Counted from the whole stretch's first letter, positions 50,399 through 62,894 are shown. The stretch is 62,894 nt of DNA, filler included, from Hyphochytrium catenoides (GCA_900088475.1; 14 parts of 14 records of this genome joined end to end with filler, not necessarily neighbours in it); one strand, 5' to 3'. Program-made: numbers and translations. Notes: a model not told the origin generated them from the letters alone.

Positions 50399-50929
50399 CC
50401 AAGAGAGGGAAAGAGAGACTGAGAAGTCTTCTCACGCGGCAATGCTGTTACTCAGAGGTAATATTAGGAGAATTGATATATAAAAAGCAGCAATAAGCTG
50501 ACCAACTAAATACAGCGTCCTAGTAAAAACTCCTAACCCTCGCCTTCCTTAATGAGAGAAGGAGGAAAAGACAAAGAGAGAGAGAGGGAGAGAGAAAGGA
50601 AGAAGGAGACAAGGAAAAGCCACCGAGAAAATGAATGAATCCGGATTCGTCTATAGAAAAAAGGTGAAGTGGAGGCGACACTTTGTCTCTATGTACACTG
50701 CTCCCTTGCTTCCTCCCTGATATTGCAAAGCGAGAAGAGAGAGAGGGCCAAGAGAAGGAGCACGGGCGAGAGGAGAGGAGAGGAGAGAGGTACCGCCGCC
50801 CGACAAAAAGAGAGAGAGAGACAAGAGGCCCATTATCCTCGTCGTCTTCTTTCTTTCCCTCTCTCTCTTTTGCCTTCCCCCTTCTTTCTCTCTTTCTCTC
50901 CTCTTTTCTATCTCCCGAATTATTCGCGC

Positions 50930-52160
50930 TCACGCGCCTTGCGTGGGCCTCTGTCTCTCCACCTTGATATCCCCTGCGGCCATCATCCCTCCTCCTCCTC
51001 CCGGTCTCTCTCCTGCTCTCTCTCCTGCGCTCTCTCTCTCTCCCGCCCTGTATAACTGCGTCAAATGGAGAGAACAATAGCCTTGTTCCCTTTGCACTTT
51101 GTTGCATCCTTCCTGCTTGCATTTTAAGTTTCCCCCATGTTCGATACAGTGACCACCCGCCCGCGCGGTTTTTTTACACCCAGGAAAGCGGCAGTGGCGC
51201 CGTCCGCCGTGTTGAACGCAAAATCCCCCGAATTGTACCACTTTTAAACAGTGGGGAAAACCGCACGTTACGCCTCCTCCGTGTATTCGACAGAGTCCGC
51301 CCACTTGACGGGATTTTTCACACCCTGGGTATTTGCATTTTTTACCACCTCCGTGTTTGATACAGAGGCCGTGGGACTGCGCGGCGTTGGGACAGTTCGG
51401 ACNNNNNNNNNNNNNNNNNNNNNNNNNNNNNNNNNNNNNNNNNNNNNNNNNNNNNNNNNNNNNNNNNNNNNNNNNNNNNNNNNNNNNNNNNNNNNNNNNN
51501 NNNNNNNNNNNNNNNNNNNNNNNNNNNNNNNNNNNNNNNNNNNNNNNNNNNNNNNNNNNNNNNNNNNNNNNNNNNNNNNNNNNNNNNAGGGAAATAAGAA
51601 GAGAGATAAGTAGAGATAGGAGAGAGAGAGAGAGAAGAAGGAGAAGAAGAAGGAGAGGAAGACGATTAAGAAGAAAAAGAGAGAGAAGAGGAAAGGGAAA
51701 GAAAAAAAAACAAGAAGAAGAGAAATTAAGAAGAGAGATAAGTGGAAGTAGAAAAGAGAGAGAGAAGGAAGATGAATAAAGAGGAGGAGGAGAAGAAAAG
51801 AGATAAGAAGAGATAAGTGAAAAGAAGAGAGAGAGAGAGAGAGAGAAGAGAGAGAGGGAGACAAAGAGAGATAAGGCCAGGAGGGGCCACAGAGGGAGGG
51901 ACAGAGAGAAAAAGGGGGAGAATGGGGAGTTAAAAGGGGAATTCGAAATACGGCACCAAAATGAGAAGAAACAACGAGAGAGAGAGAAAATGAGAGTGCA
52001 ACGCAAGAGCCGGAAAATTAAGGGAGAGATTGCAATAGATGGACAACACAGAGAGAGAAGAAAAACAGATAGAAAGGGCAGGAGACAAAAGTGGGAGAGA
52101 CGACGGCATGGCAAGGCTTTTGTTTAACAGAAAGACAGAGCAAAAGGGAAGAATACTAGA

Positions 52161-52197
<37 letters not shown>

Positions 52198-54042
52198 TTA
52201 CCTTGACTGGCGCGATTGCATCCCGGCGTCTCGCATCTCTTTCCTCCTCCGTGTTTCTTGCAGCGTCCTCTGGACCTGGTGAGCTTGTTACATCCTTCTT
52301 CCATGCAATATTTCTTCTTCTTTCCTCCTCCTCCCGTGGCTCCTCCTCCCACAGCAGCAGCAGCAGGACCTCTCTCTCTCTCTTCTTCTCTCTCTCTCTC
52401 TCCTCCCTCTCCTACTATTCTTCTCCCTGGAAGCGAAGGACCTCCGCCACCGGTGGGAGGAGGAGGAGGAGAGGAAGAGGAAGAGAGAGGAGGAGCTGGC
52501 GCTGCAGCGATAAACTGCTCTCCTCCCACCATTCCCACCTCGCCTCTCTCTCTCTCTCCTTCTCTCTCTTTCTCTCCCGCCTCTGTCTCTTGCTTGGGCT
52601 CTACAAAGCCAGGAATGTACCCAATATTATGCAGCGCAGCCGCTGCCGCCATTCTCCCGCTCGGGTCCCCATACATTTCGCTAATATCCGAAGGGAAAGA
52701 GGGAGAGAGAAACCTTCCATACTCTCTCCCTCGTCCTCCTCCTCCTCCTCCTGCTAAATAATTAGAGAGATCAAAGCCAGGAAGTTTCATCTTTTCTCTC
52801 TCTTGAGCTTGTTGCCATGCTGCGGCAGCCATTCTTTGCCGGTAAGAAGAAGAAGAGGAAGAAGAAGAGGGAGGGAGACCAGCGGGAGAGAGAGAAGAAG
52901 AGAGAGAAGGAGAGAGAGAAGAAAGGGCGAGAGTGCCCATAGGGAGAGGAGGCTGGGTACGGAAAGGCATAAGAGAGTAAAACGCTGCTGTCTCTCCCTC
53001 TCCTCCTCCTCCTGCTGTCCCTCCTGCTCCTCCTCCTCCTCCTGCTGCTGCAGGACGAGAGAGAGAGGCAGAGCGAGAGAGAAGATATGAGAAATTCTGC
53101 GCGTTTTCTAGAGAAGAGAGAGACGGCCCCGCTCTTTCTCTCTCTCCTCCTCCTCCTCCCGTTCCTCCTTGAGAAGGGAGAAAGAGAAGAGACTCTTCCT
53201 CTCCTCCTCCTCCTATTCCTGGTTGTACCGCCACTGTCTCTCCCGGAAACATTCTGTTGAGCATATCCGTGGTAGGAGAGAGAGAGGGCGGAGAGAGAGA
53301 AGAAGAGAGAGAGACAGGAAACTCTTCTCCTCCATATTTTCCTGGATCTAAGGGAGATGACTGGGCTGCTAGCGCGCTGTGAAAGGAAGAAGAGGACGAG
53401 GAGGGAAGAGGAGGAGGAAGGGGAGGAGAGGGAGAAATACCTTCAAAGTCTCCCCCTAACATTCCCATGTTGTCTCCCCTTCTTCTCTCTCTCTCTCTCT
53501 CTCCTCTCTCTCTTCTCCCTTGTTCTCCCCTTGCTCCTGCGCCTCCTGCCAGGCCGCTGAATCTCTGTTGCCGAGGGAAATCACCAAACTGACTGCCTTC
53601 GCGAGAGACGCGGCTATCTTTTTCTCTCTCTCTTTCTCTCTCTCTTCCTCCTCTTTCTCTTCCTCCTCCTCCTGCTACCATCTCTCCTATCTTTCTACTA
53701 GTACTCGTGACACCTCCCGCTCCTCCTGAGCTCCCCGTTCTTTGTCTTCTCTCTCTCTCTCCTGGAGATCTATGCGAAGAGAGAGAGAGAGAGGCTTTTC
53801 CTCCTGCTCCCCCAGGAGAAGGAGCTCTATTTCTCTCTGTTTCTCCAGTTCCCATTCTCTTTCTTTCTAAAGAGAGAGAACGAGAAGAAGGAGAAGAAGA
53901 GAAAGAGAGAGAGAAAGAAGAGGGTTCGGGCTCGAGTTGTCGGAGAGCCTTTTCCTTCTTTCTTTCCATCAACAACTTTCGTCTCTCTCGTCTTCTTTTC
54001 TCATCTGCATCCCTAAGATAATAACAGCGGTCACGCAGCGGA
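50930..54042 (-). CDS. WRKY19-like Cys/His (C-x4-C...C-x2-HGG) zinc-finger repeat protein with a long low-complexity N-terminus
   Basis: A long exon ~54042-52202 ends with CMEEGCNKLTRSRGRCKKHGGGKRCETPGCNRASQ. The last exon (from the N gap to the stop at 50930) has about five more repeats. 5' end undefined. Confidence 0.85.
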
Positions 54043-54918
54043 CTAAGGGAGAAAAGAGAAGAGAAACAGAGGGAGAGAGAGAGAAAGAGAGAGAGAGAGA
54101 GTCGTTAGCATAAAGAGAACAAGCCATAAGGATGACTGGACAGCGTCATCCAATACAGAGACAAAGAGAGAGCGCACCAAGTAGAAAGAATGAGAGAGAC
54201 CACGAACAGAGAACGACAAGAAACTGTCAGGGAAAGAGAGAAAGAGAGAGAGAGAGATTCCGTACCGAAACTCTTTTCCTGACTCTCCTCTGTCGGTCAG
54301 TGCAGGGCATTAGAGATTCTGAACCATTCCAGAGTAGAGGAAGACAGAGAGAGAGAGAGAGCTAAAGCAGTGGAGGTGTCTCTTCTCTCCTGCTTTGCTG
54401 CGCTGTCACTGTCACTGTCACTGTTCCGAAAGAGAGAGAGAGAGAAAGAGAGAAATCACCACAAGAGAGAGACACAAAGAGCGAGAAGATGCACTGCGGA
54501 TCGGCAGTGTGGAGAGAAAGAAAAAGAGAGAGAGAGAAAGGAACTTTTCTCTTTTATAGTCTCTTTCCGCTTGTCGGTTACTTCTCAGATGGCTCTGAGA
54601 GCTCGTTTCGAAGGCTCGACGCGGAAAGAGAAAGAGAACAAGAAAGAGCTTCTCTCTTCTTCTTCCCCGTTCTCTTCCTCTCTCTCACTTCTCTTTCTTG
54701 CGCACTGTGGATATAAGGAGGACAGGAGAGCAGCGGAGAGTTTCTCTCTCTCTCTCTCTCTGATGCAGAATCAAGGGTCTGACCATCTGACAAGAAAATG
54801 TAGGTGGGAAAGAGAAGAGAAAAGCGAGATAAGGAGAGAAGAGAGGGAGACGATGCTTGCAGCGCGCGGGTTCCTTCCCCCATGTCCTGTGTTCTGTTCT
54901 GCATCTTTTCCTCTTAAC

Positions 54919-54954
<36 letters not shown>

Positions 54955-55562
54955 CCTCTCTCTCTCTCTCCCCATTATGAGGCCTCGTCTCCTCTCGTCG
55001 CTTGTACTGTCGCTCCTTATTGGCCTCTTTTCTCTCTCTCTCTCACTCTCTCGTCGCAGAATCGGAAGCCAGGCAGTGGAGGGCGTTGGCCAAACAGAGG
55101 AGAGAGAAGAGAGAGAGAGAGAGAGAGACAAGAGAGAGAGAGAGAGAAGAGAGAAAGAGAGAAGAGAAAGAGAGGGAGAGAAGAGGGAGAGAGAAAGAGA
55201 AAAGAGAGAGAAAGAAGCTAAAGAACCACCTGCCCCGCTTCTCACATCTTTTATGGAATAAACAAAAAACGAAATATTGCCTCAGCCCTATATTAACCAT
55301 GGAATGAAACCTTTCATTGAATCCTCCATGAATCTATCATGAATCTTTCATGTCATCCATCAAGGTCGACCTCAGCTGTGATCTTGTTGGTTGTCTCTGT
55401 TCTCCCTTTGACGCTTCAAACAAGAGCAACATATCTTCTGCTCTCCTCTCTCTCTCTCTCTCNNNNNNNNNNNNNNNNNNNNNNNNNNNNNNNNNNNNNN
55501 NNNNNNTTAATTAATTAANNNNNNNNNNNNNNNNNNNNNNNNNNNNNNNNNNNNNNNNNNNN

Positions 55563-57538
55563 AGCACAGACAATAACTCCCCATCAGCAGGCAGGCATTC
55601 AGACACCACCTTCACAGCCTTCGCGTGATCTACCATTGTCGTTGAGGTCATCCAAACTTAAGCTTTGGTCCCCCGCACTATCGCCCGAAGCTGAGACGCC
55701 TGCATGCTGAAGGTTGACCGTGTCTCCATTGGCACCTTAGTACCCCATATGGTGAATAAAATTTAAACCCCTTACCTGTAGCCTGGCCGGGTTGTGTTGA
55801 CAAGATATCCTCTATGCACTGCTCCGCAGTTTTATGGGGACGTTTTCCCGGAAACAAAAGCTGCTGAAATACCTGCAGCTCTGCCAAGTCCAGGGTCTTG
55901 AGGTCGGGCGGAGTGAAAGAGCGACGCTGGTTAGCCTTGAAGCTTTCTATCAAAGTCGACACTGCGCGGGCATGCGCAACATTTGGAGGCAGGCCTGAGT
56001 ACATACAAGCCGTCCCGCTTCCATCACTGCCTCCGAAAATGATCTGTTTGCCATGGATTATGTGCCCGTTAGCTGCTGTGTCTACGGGAAGATATGGAAA
56101 TGCTGACCAGGCTAAAACTCGGCTCCAGCCGAGCTAAGTATCTGTGAGCATTTAGTAGTTCGCGGATCAGTACTCTTTTCTTCGGCTTTGCTTTTTTCCC
56201 GCCAGGTTTGCGCTTAACCGTTCTTTTCGGACACAATCTTGTCTTCTTCCAAGGTATTATTGTCCCGCACTCTACAATAGAATTGGTATGGAGCCGTCGA
56301 AAGGACACGCAGGAGGACGGTGACAGGTTAGCTTACCGGCACTCGTAAATATATCATCATATTCACACCAGCCCCTCACACGTTGAGGCACTCCCATCCC
56401 CTCCTCCAATTCCGCCTTCTGACAGAGAGCCACAACAGCTGGCCTGTGCGTTCGGAAAGCAGACTTTACGTTTGTCAAGCGGACATATACCCAATTGTCG
56501 GGCAAACGGTCGGAGTCTTCATCAGCGTCGAACTCATCTAGAGTAATTTAATTGGAAAGTTACTTTAGATAACCTAAGTAAGGGCATCAAGGCAAAACGT
56601 GACAGCTCACCGTCCCTCAAAACTATTCCATGTGCCAGCGTAGAGCGCCCTGGGCCCTTGGGGTCTAATCCTCGGAGAGAGACTTCGTCACCCGCCTCTG
56701 GGTCACGAGTGACGTAGCTCGCGGTCCCAACTGTATGCATAGCTGACCAGGGGACGACGGTTCCTGCTCCTGAGTAGTAGTATATTAGCCGGCGGGTAAG
56801 ATGGATATGGAGTCGTGGCAACTGAAGGGTTATTCACCTTGATGCGGAAAAATGGAAATGCATCCTGCGCCGTCTTCCTCAAAGATACGGTTCCCCTCTT
56901 TGTCACAGATAAGCCGCAATGGAGTGGGGATCCCCTCCCAAGACGCCAGTTTGTAGTGGCCTCTACGTTCAGAAAGCTCCACCCAGGCGACCTCTAGGCC
57001 GCCTTTAATAGCAATGTCGGTTAATCGATAGTGGGGGTAAACTGGTCCATTGCTGAGCCTGGTGTTACCAGATGTAAGCGTCATGTCTTGAAGGATTCCT
57101 CGAGCGATAACGTTGTTGCCTGACGGTTTTTTCCAAGCTATAGGACTTGGGAAAAATGTGGCGGTGCGGGCACCCGCAGTTCTGTTGGAAGCCAGTGAAG
57201 TCTTTGGGGGGGCTTCAAGCTTGTACATACTCACCTCCTTTCCCTTCAAAGCCCGCCAGGCCGGCAGGGATGGAGCCTAAAGGCAACAAAATCACTTTAG
57301 AAGGAGCTGTCAAGTAGACGTAGTTCTGTATAGCTCTCCGGAGTTTTTACGATGTCTTGCTCACCTCGGCGCTCTCCCTACGACCAATGCCGGGATCGCT
57401 GTTCTGTTGTTCATCTCTAGCGGTGTCGTTTTCTTCATCAGCGCTTTCTTCGGCACTGCTCTCTTCTCCAGCAGCTTCCTCGTCACCGCCGCTTTCTTCC
57501 CCTTCAGATTCGGTGGCACTCATTTCTTGACTATTCTC
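55563..57538 (-). CDS. Spliced gene with short introns and two domains resembling the En/Spm (CACTA) TnpA/Tnp1-like domain
   Basis: Phase-consistent exons 57538-57365, 57276-56838, 56769-56611, 56537-56337 and 56271 onward; introns are 65-88 nt. Two units of G-x-EVS...(IA/LA)-x-GI...GT(V/I)(V/I)PW follow an acidic tract. Confidence 0.5.
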
Positions 57539-58921
57539 NNNNNNNNNNNNNNNNNNNNNNNNNNNNNNNNNNNNNNNNNNNNTTAATTAATTAANNNNNN
57601 NNNNNNNNNNNNNNNNNNNNNNNNNNNNNNNNNNNNNNCTCAAAAAGCGCAGAAGCTTGGCGCCACACAATCTTCACGATGGCCAATCTCATTAGAAATA
57701 GATGGAACGTTTAGTGAGCATGTTCCGAATACAGACAAGGGGCAAGAAGCAGTTGTGACTAGTAACTAATTCTGAGAAGTGATACCGATAACCGCCAGGA
57801 TTATCATTTAGGAGAGCTAGTGATAAACCAGTCATTTAGGTTGATGATGATGATGGCTCTGATAATCACTACTAAGATTATCGCTGACATCGAAGAGTCA
57901 CAGGAAAAGTTCTGCATTTTTTGCCATCTCCAACAGCCTCTCCCTTCTCTCTTTGTAGAGAGAGAGAGAGAGAGAGACAGAGAGAGAGAGAGACAGAGAC
58001 AGAGAGAGAGAGAGAAAGAGAGAGAGAGACAGAGAGAGAGAGAGACAGAGAGAGAGAGAGACAGAGACAGACAGAGAAGAGAGACAGAGAGAGAGAGACA
58101 GAGAGAGAGAGAGACAGAGAGAGAGACACACAGAGAAACAGAGAGACAGAGAGAGAAACAGAGAGAGAGACACACAGAGAGAGAGAGAGACAGAGAGAAA
58201 GAGAGAGAGAAAGGGAGAGGAAGAGTGAGGACGTGAGGGAAGGTGGTGGGGGAGGAGGAAAAGAAGCCATGCTCCCAAGAGCAAAAGAGAGCAGGGAGAG
58301 GAGAGAGAGGAGAGAGAAAGAGAGAAAAGAAGCCTCTGCAATTGGAGCAAAAGAGATAGGTCTGTCCTCCTCTGGCACCTGCACCTTCCTGATCGTCGCT
58401 TGCTTTGGCGCAGGCGGGGAAGGATCTTCCTTCCCCTTCGACCTTTGTACCAAGGAAGCCTTCTGGCCGTTGAAGTTCCGCGCTGATCTGAGGAGAATCC
58501 TGTTTGTCTCTCTTTCTCTATTCGATTTCCTGTCCTTCAAACAGGAGAGAAAGAGAGTCAGCGGACCCTGGAAACAGAGCTCGCGAAGCTCAAGAAGTCT
58601 AACAGATATTAAAGAGTTCCCTAGCGACAGAGACTTCAATCCCAGATATAATAGGATAGAGGGAGAGGAAAATTAGAGAGGAACAGGAACAGGAGAGAAA
58701 GTGGTAGAGAAGAGGAACGATGCCGTGGATGAGCTCTAAGATCGCTCGAGGAGGAGGCGATGAGGAGAGCAAAGAGGGATTCGATGGGTTTGTAAGGTAG
58801 GAGAGAAAAGATTGTGAAGCTACGGAGTCTCCTTTGTCTGCACTACTGAGTGCTCTTCCAATATTGGCTTTCTTTCGTCTATGGAGTTCTCAATCTGCTT
58901 CAGATTCCCTCCCTTTCTTGA

Positions 58922-58972
<51 letters not shown>

Positions 58973-59636
58973 TTTCTCTCTCTCCCTCTCCCTCTCTCTC
59001 TTTTCTCCCTCTCTCTCTTTTCTCCCTCTCTCTCTTTTCTTTCTTTCTTTTTCATTTTTCTTCTCTCTTTTTCGCTCTTCTCCTGTGTGTCGATCTCTCG
59101 CTTTCCCTCTCACTTCTCTTCTTCCCTCTCTCTGTCTTCTGTCGTCCACCTTTGTTCTCTCTATATCAATCACTCTCTGTTTCCTCACCGACGCTCCGCT
59201 GCTTCTCTCTCCCTCTCGCTGTCTTCCCTACAGACTGTTCATCAATCATCCAGATCGCTCTGAAGCCTTTCAATGCTTGCTTCCCTACAAGCCCAGCCAG
59301 ACNNNNNNNNNNNNNNNNNNNNNNNNNNNNNNNNNNNNNNNNNNNNTTAATTAATTAANNNNNNNNNNNNNNNNNNNNNNNNNNNNNNNNNNNNNNNNNN
59401 NNTAGCGCACCTTCACAGTCTCTGCCTGTGATGCTGAGAGGGCCATCTTCCTGCTGCTGCTTCTCTGCCTTCATTGGGTTGAGTCTTCCTTCTTCATTAT
59501 GCTCCTTTCTTCTCTCTCTCTCTCTCTCTTTCTCTGTTGGTCCTATGTTTCCTAGCAATGCCAGTCCGATAGCGCGGCAGTAGCCAGTCAGGAGGAGCAA
59601 ATAACTAGGGCGCGGGACGTAGATGGCGAGAGAGAC

Positions 59637-59687
<51 letters not shown>

Positions 59688-59889
59688 ACCTGCGAAAAGG
59701 GCTGAGGAGCGAGGAGAGGAAAGGGCGTACTGTGGTACTATCTTGGGCACTTGCGGAGTGGCCGATCAGGTATTTTCGGCTTTCCCAGTTAGAGCACAGA
59801 ACACAACATCGCACTCGCTCATAATCTAGGCATCATGGTTATTTTGGGGACCGCACGAAAGGAGTAGGTTGAAGCTGAAAGAGCAATAA

Positions 59890-59922
<33 letters not shown>

Positions 59923-60379
59923 CATAGACAAGAGGCCACGATAATGACCAGAGAGGAAGGGAAGCAAAGAGAAAGGGGAAAAGCGAGGGAAGAAAAGGAG
60001 AGAGAGAGACAGAAGAGAGAAAAGGCGAGGAAAAAGGAAGAGAGAGAGACAGAGAGAGAGAGAGAGAGCTTTATATTTACAGGGTATTATCTTAAATGGC
60101 ATCTACTGCCCATAATGCTGTGGCCACAGACTCTTGACACCAGATTTAAGGAGAAGGAGAGATGAGAGAGAGAGAGACACGAAAAGAAAGAGAGACAGAT
60201 GTCTTCTGCCACGGGTGAAGGTCAAGAGAGAAAGGTCGCTGAGAGATGGATGAGAGACATATGCTAGTCCAAGAGGAAGAGAAGCCGACGACGTCTTAAG
60301 GAGCTGGAGAAGGCATTGAGCTTCTCTCCTCAACTGCTTGCTCTCTCTCTTTCTCTCTCTCTCTCTCTTTTCCTCTCCC

Positions 60380-60665
60380 TCAACTATCTGCCCCGCCGGT
60401 TGCACTGGCGGCCTTGAGAAGCTTGTTCTCTCTCTGCTGATTGTGCTCAAACTTCCTCTTCAGCGCGAGTCTCTTCACATGGAGAGGATTCTTGGCTGTC
60501 TTCAAAACAGGCTTGAATCTCTCTCCAACTGTCCCTTTCTCTCTCTCTCCCCCGGCAGAGACTCCGGGGATAGAGACGCCGAATTTCTTCTCTAAACAGG
60601 CGTGGATGTCCTTCACCTCCAAGACAGAGGAAGAGCGATGTTTGGCCAGTTGGCAGGCGAAGCCT

Positions 60666-60699
<34 letters not shown>

Positions 60700-60922
60700 A
60701 ACGAGCAGAGAGAGAGAGAGAGAAAGAGAGAGAGTAAGCACGTGTGAGAGAGAGAGAGAGAGGACGAGCAGAGAGAGAAAGATAGAGAGTCAGCACGTGA
60801 AAGAGAAGACAACAGGAGAGGAAGAGGCGTACGGCGATGTGAAAAAACAGAAAAGAGAAGAAGACATCAAGAGGTAGAATGGGAAATCAGACTGAAAAGG
60901 AGAGACACACAGAAGGAGAGAG

Positions 60923-60959
<37 letters not shown>

Positions 60960-61658
60960 ATAGAGATATTGATCTACAATGACTGCGAGGGAATCACAAG
61001 AGAGGGAGAGAGAAGCCATAGCGAGAGATGGCACGAGACAGGACTGTACAGACAAGAAAAAAGAGAGAAAAAGGGAGAGAGAGAAGAGAGAGAGGAACGC
61101 CGAAGGTGAAAGCATAACAAAGTCAATCTTTTCTTTCTCCGCCTCTTTTTCATTCTCTCTCTCTCTCTCTTTTGTCCCTCTGTCCCCTTCTTCTTCTCTC
61201 TGCCTCGTATTCTCACCTGTGACTGTATCAACAAACTCATCTGCGAGACAGAGGAGCATTTCCTCGACATCAGGATGGAGAATATAGTTCGGGTCAATCT
61301 CTCTCACCATCTCTTGAAGCTTCTTCGACGCAGACAAACTCCAGCTGTTTCCTGCAGGGGAGCCAGCACCAGTCGTGGCGGCAGATGCAGACGCAGAGAC
61401 AGAGACCGAGGCCGCGTTTTTCGCATTATTTCCCCGATTTGTGGCTGGAGCGGCGGAATTTCGCGCCTTTGTGACTGCAGACGAATTGGAGCTTGATTTC
61501 TGCGCCTTTTTGCTGCTCGTGGTCTTGGTCTGAGCAGCAGAAGTCTTGGGCTTGTTACTGGATTTGGATGCCGGCGGCGGAGTGGCCGTTGAAGGCATGG
61601 GAGAGGCTGACGACGGAGGCGGCGTGGCGCCTGGGCCTTTGCTCGGCGTTGAGCTCAT
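60380..61658 (-). CDS. TAF12: TFIID subunit 12 (histone-fold), 2 exons, 241 aa
   Basis: Exons 61658-61217 and 60663-60380: KKLQEMVREIDPNYILHPDVEEMLLCLADEFVDTVTGFACQLAKHRSSSVLEVKDIHACLEKKFGVSIPG...HVKRLAL. Confidence 0.96.
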
Positions 61659-62088
61659 GATATTGAGAGAAACACTGCAGAGACTCAATTGTGGAGCTCT
61701 TCCGTCTCTTTCTTCTTCACCTGCCAGGCATGACTCTCTTAACCAAGGCTCTTAATGGTTCTGAAAGACAGCAGCAAAGAGCGCAGAGCGAGGAAAAAGA
61801 GGGAGCAGAGAATAAAGAAAGAGATTATTGAGAAAGACTGAGAAGAAAGAGAGAGAGAAGGAAGATTTGGGCTGAGGAAGTGAAGATGCACGGTGAGGCG
61901 GACGAATCTGCAAAAAGTATTATTCGGAGACTCATCATTGCGTTTTCTTGAGAGGCAGCGGGAGAGAAAGAGAGAAAGAGCGAGAGAGAGAAAGTGAGAG
62001 AGAGGAAAGAGAGAGGAAGACAGAGACAGAAAGAGAGGCCGAGATAAGAAGATAGAAAGCGGAGAGAGAGAAAAGGGAGAGAGAGAGA

Positions 62089-62124
<36 letters not shown>

Positions 62125-62853
62125 GAGAGAGCGAGGGTGACAGAGCGAGTGAGAGAGAGAGAGAGAGAGAGTGAGAGTGAGAGTTCTGTGTGAGAAAGAG
62201 AGAGAGTTTTTGTGAGAGGTAGAGTGTGAGAGAGAGAGAGTCGGTATGACCGAGAGAGAGATAGAGAGAGAGAGGAAAGAGAGACAAGAGCGAAAGCACG
62301 GCCGACGAGAAAGAGTGCGATAATAACAGGAGCCAAGAAGAGTCAAAGATCTCCCAGGCGCCGAGACAGAGTAGGGTTAGAGACGGGGAACAGGAAGAGA
62401 GAGAGGGCACTGGATTTCCAAGTAGATCGTGATCATTGTATTCTGGATAACAATACTTTCATTAGGTATACCAACGCAACATTCACCACAGGAAATAACT
62501 AAACTTTTAATGTTTCAAACGACATTGATGTCATAATACCCAAGGATTGATCATTTCTTTCATGTAATTAACTTCCGTTCAATGTTTCCGCGAGCGGAGG
62601 TTTGGATAAGCCTCTCCTATCTCTGCAAGTGATACGCGAGAGTAAGGATCAAGTCCCAGACAGAGCCCGAAGTCATACATATTTTGGGTACTAATGGCTC
62701 AAGAAGGACAACACAGAGTAATATTGAGATACGAGGTCATCAAGACAGAACAGCACATGAGCGAGAGAATGCACGATGGTGGCTGACTTGTACAGCCCGC
62801 GGGAGAGTGAAAACGAGAGAGAGAGAGAAAAAGAGAGAGAGAGAAAGAGAGAA

Positions 62854-62894
<41 letters not shown>

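Larger units (their letters stand above)
18696..59402. other. 13 artificial contig linkers N44-TTAATTAATTAA-N44
   Basis: Identical 100-nt spacers begin at 18696, 25371, 26621, 30367, 32683, 34971, 37314, 41039, 46003, 49641, 55463, 57539 and 59303. The core gives stop codons in all six frames. Confidence 0.97.
18796..62894. repeat. Pervasive (GA)n/(CT)n microsatellite filling the introns and intergenic DNA of several contigs
   Basis: Directly visible. Dense in 18796-26300, 35071-37313, 46103-55462 and 57950-62894; nearly absent in 1-18200, 26721-34970, 37414-41038 and 55563-57538. Confidence 0.95.

Noticed and set aside
18796-62894. Many long SL-, ER- or F/L-rich ORFs resembling membrane or coiled-coil proteins
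   Set aside because: (GA)n/(CT)n tracts lack stop codons in all frames. They map to introns or intergenic DNA of the spliced models.

Overview
Eukaryotic genomic DNA with GT-AG introns and abundant (GA)n/(CT)n microsatellites. Gene content suggests a stramenopile or related protist (inference). The window is not contiguous: it is 14 contigs or scaffolds joined by 13 artificial 100-nt N44-TTAATTAATTAA-N44 linkers, so neighbourhood across linkers means nothing. The main feature is on contig 1 (1-18695): a tandem pair, possibly part of a larger array, of intronless, probably mitochondrion-targeted PPR genes. They are built from near-identical, strictly alternating 36-aa + 36-aa motifs in three modules. 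The paralogues differ in repeat number and in the residues at the PPR base-recognition positions (5/last), resembling a TALE-like, recombinationally reshuffled RNA-binding array. Recognisable genes elsewhere: RPLP2, a PP2C phosphatase, a tandem two-domain Kv-like channel with an atypical SAGYG filter, a P4-ATPase, TRMT13, TAF12, a WRKY19-like Cys/His repeat protein, and terminal fragments of pirin, an ABCG transporter, and probably TMC-like and RTRAF-like genes. Mobile DNA: a complete non-autonomous hAT element with an 8-bp TSD, a decayed CRE-like non-LTR RT, a possible CACTA TnpA-like gene and a possible P2X7-ballast/KolX-like ORF. Most ORFs in the supplied track are spurious microsatellite translations. 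All family assignments are by eye from motifs; no searches were run.
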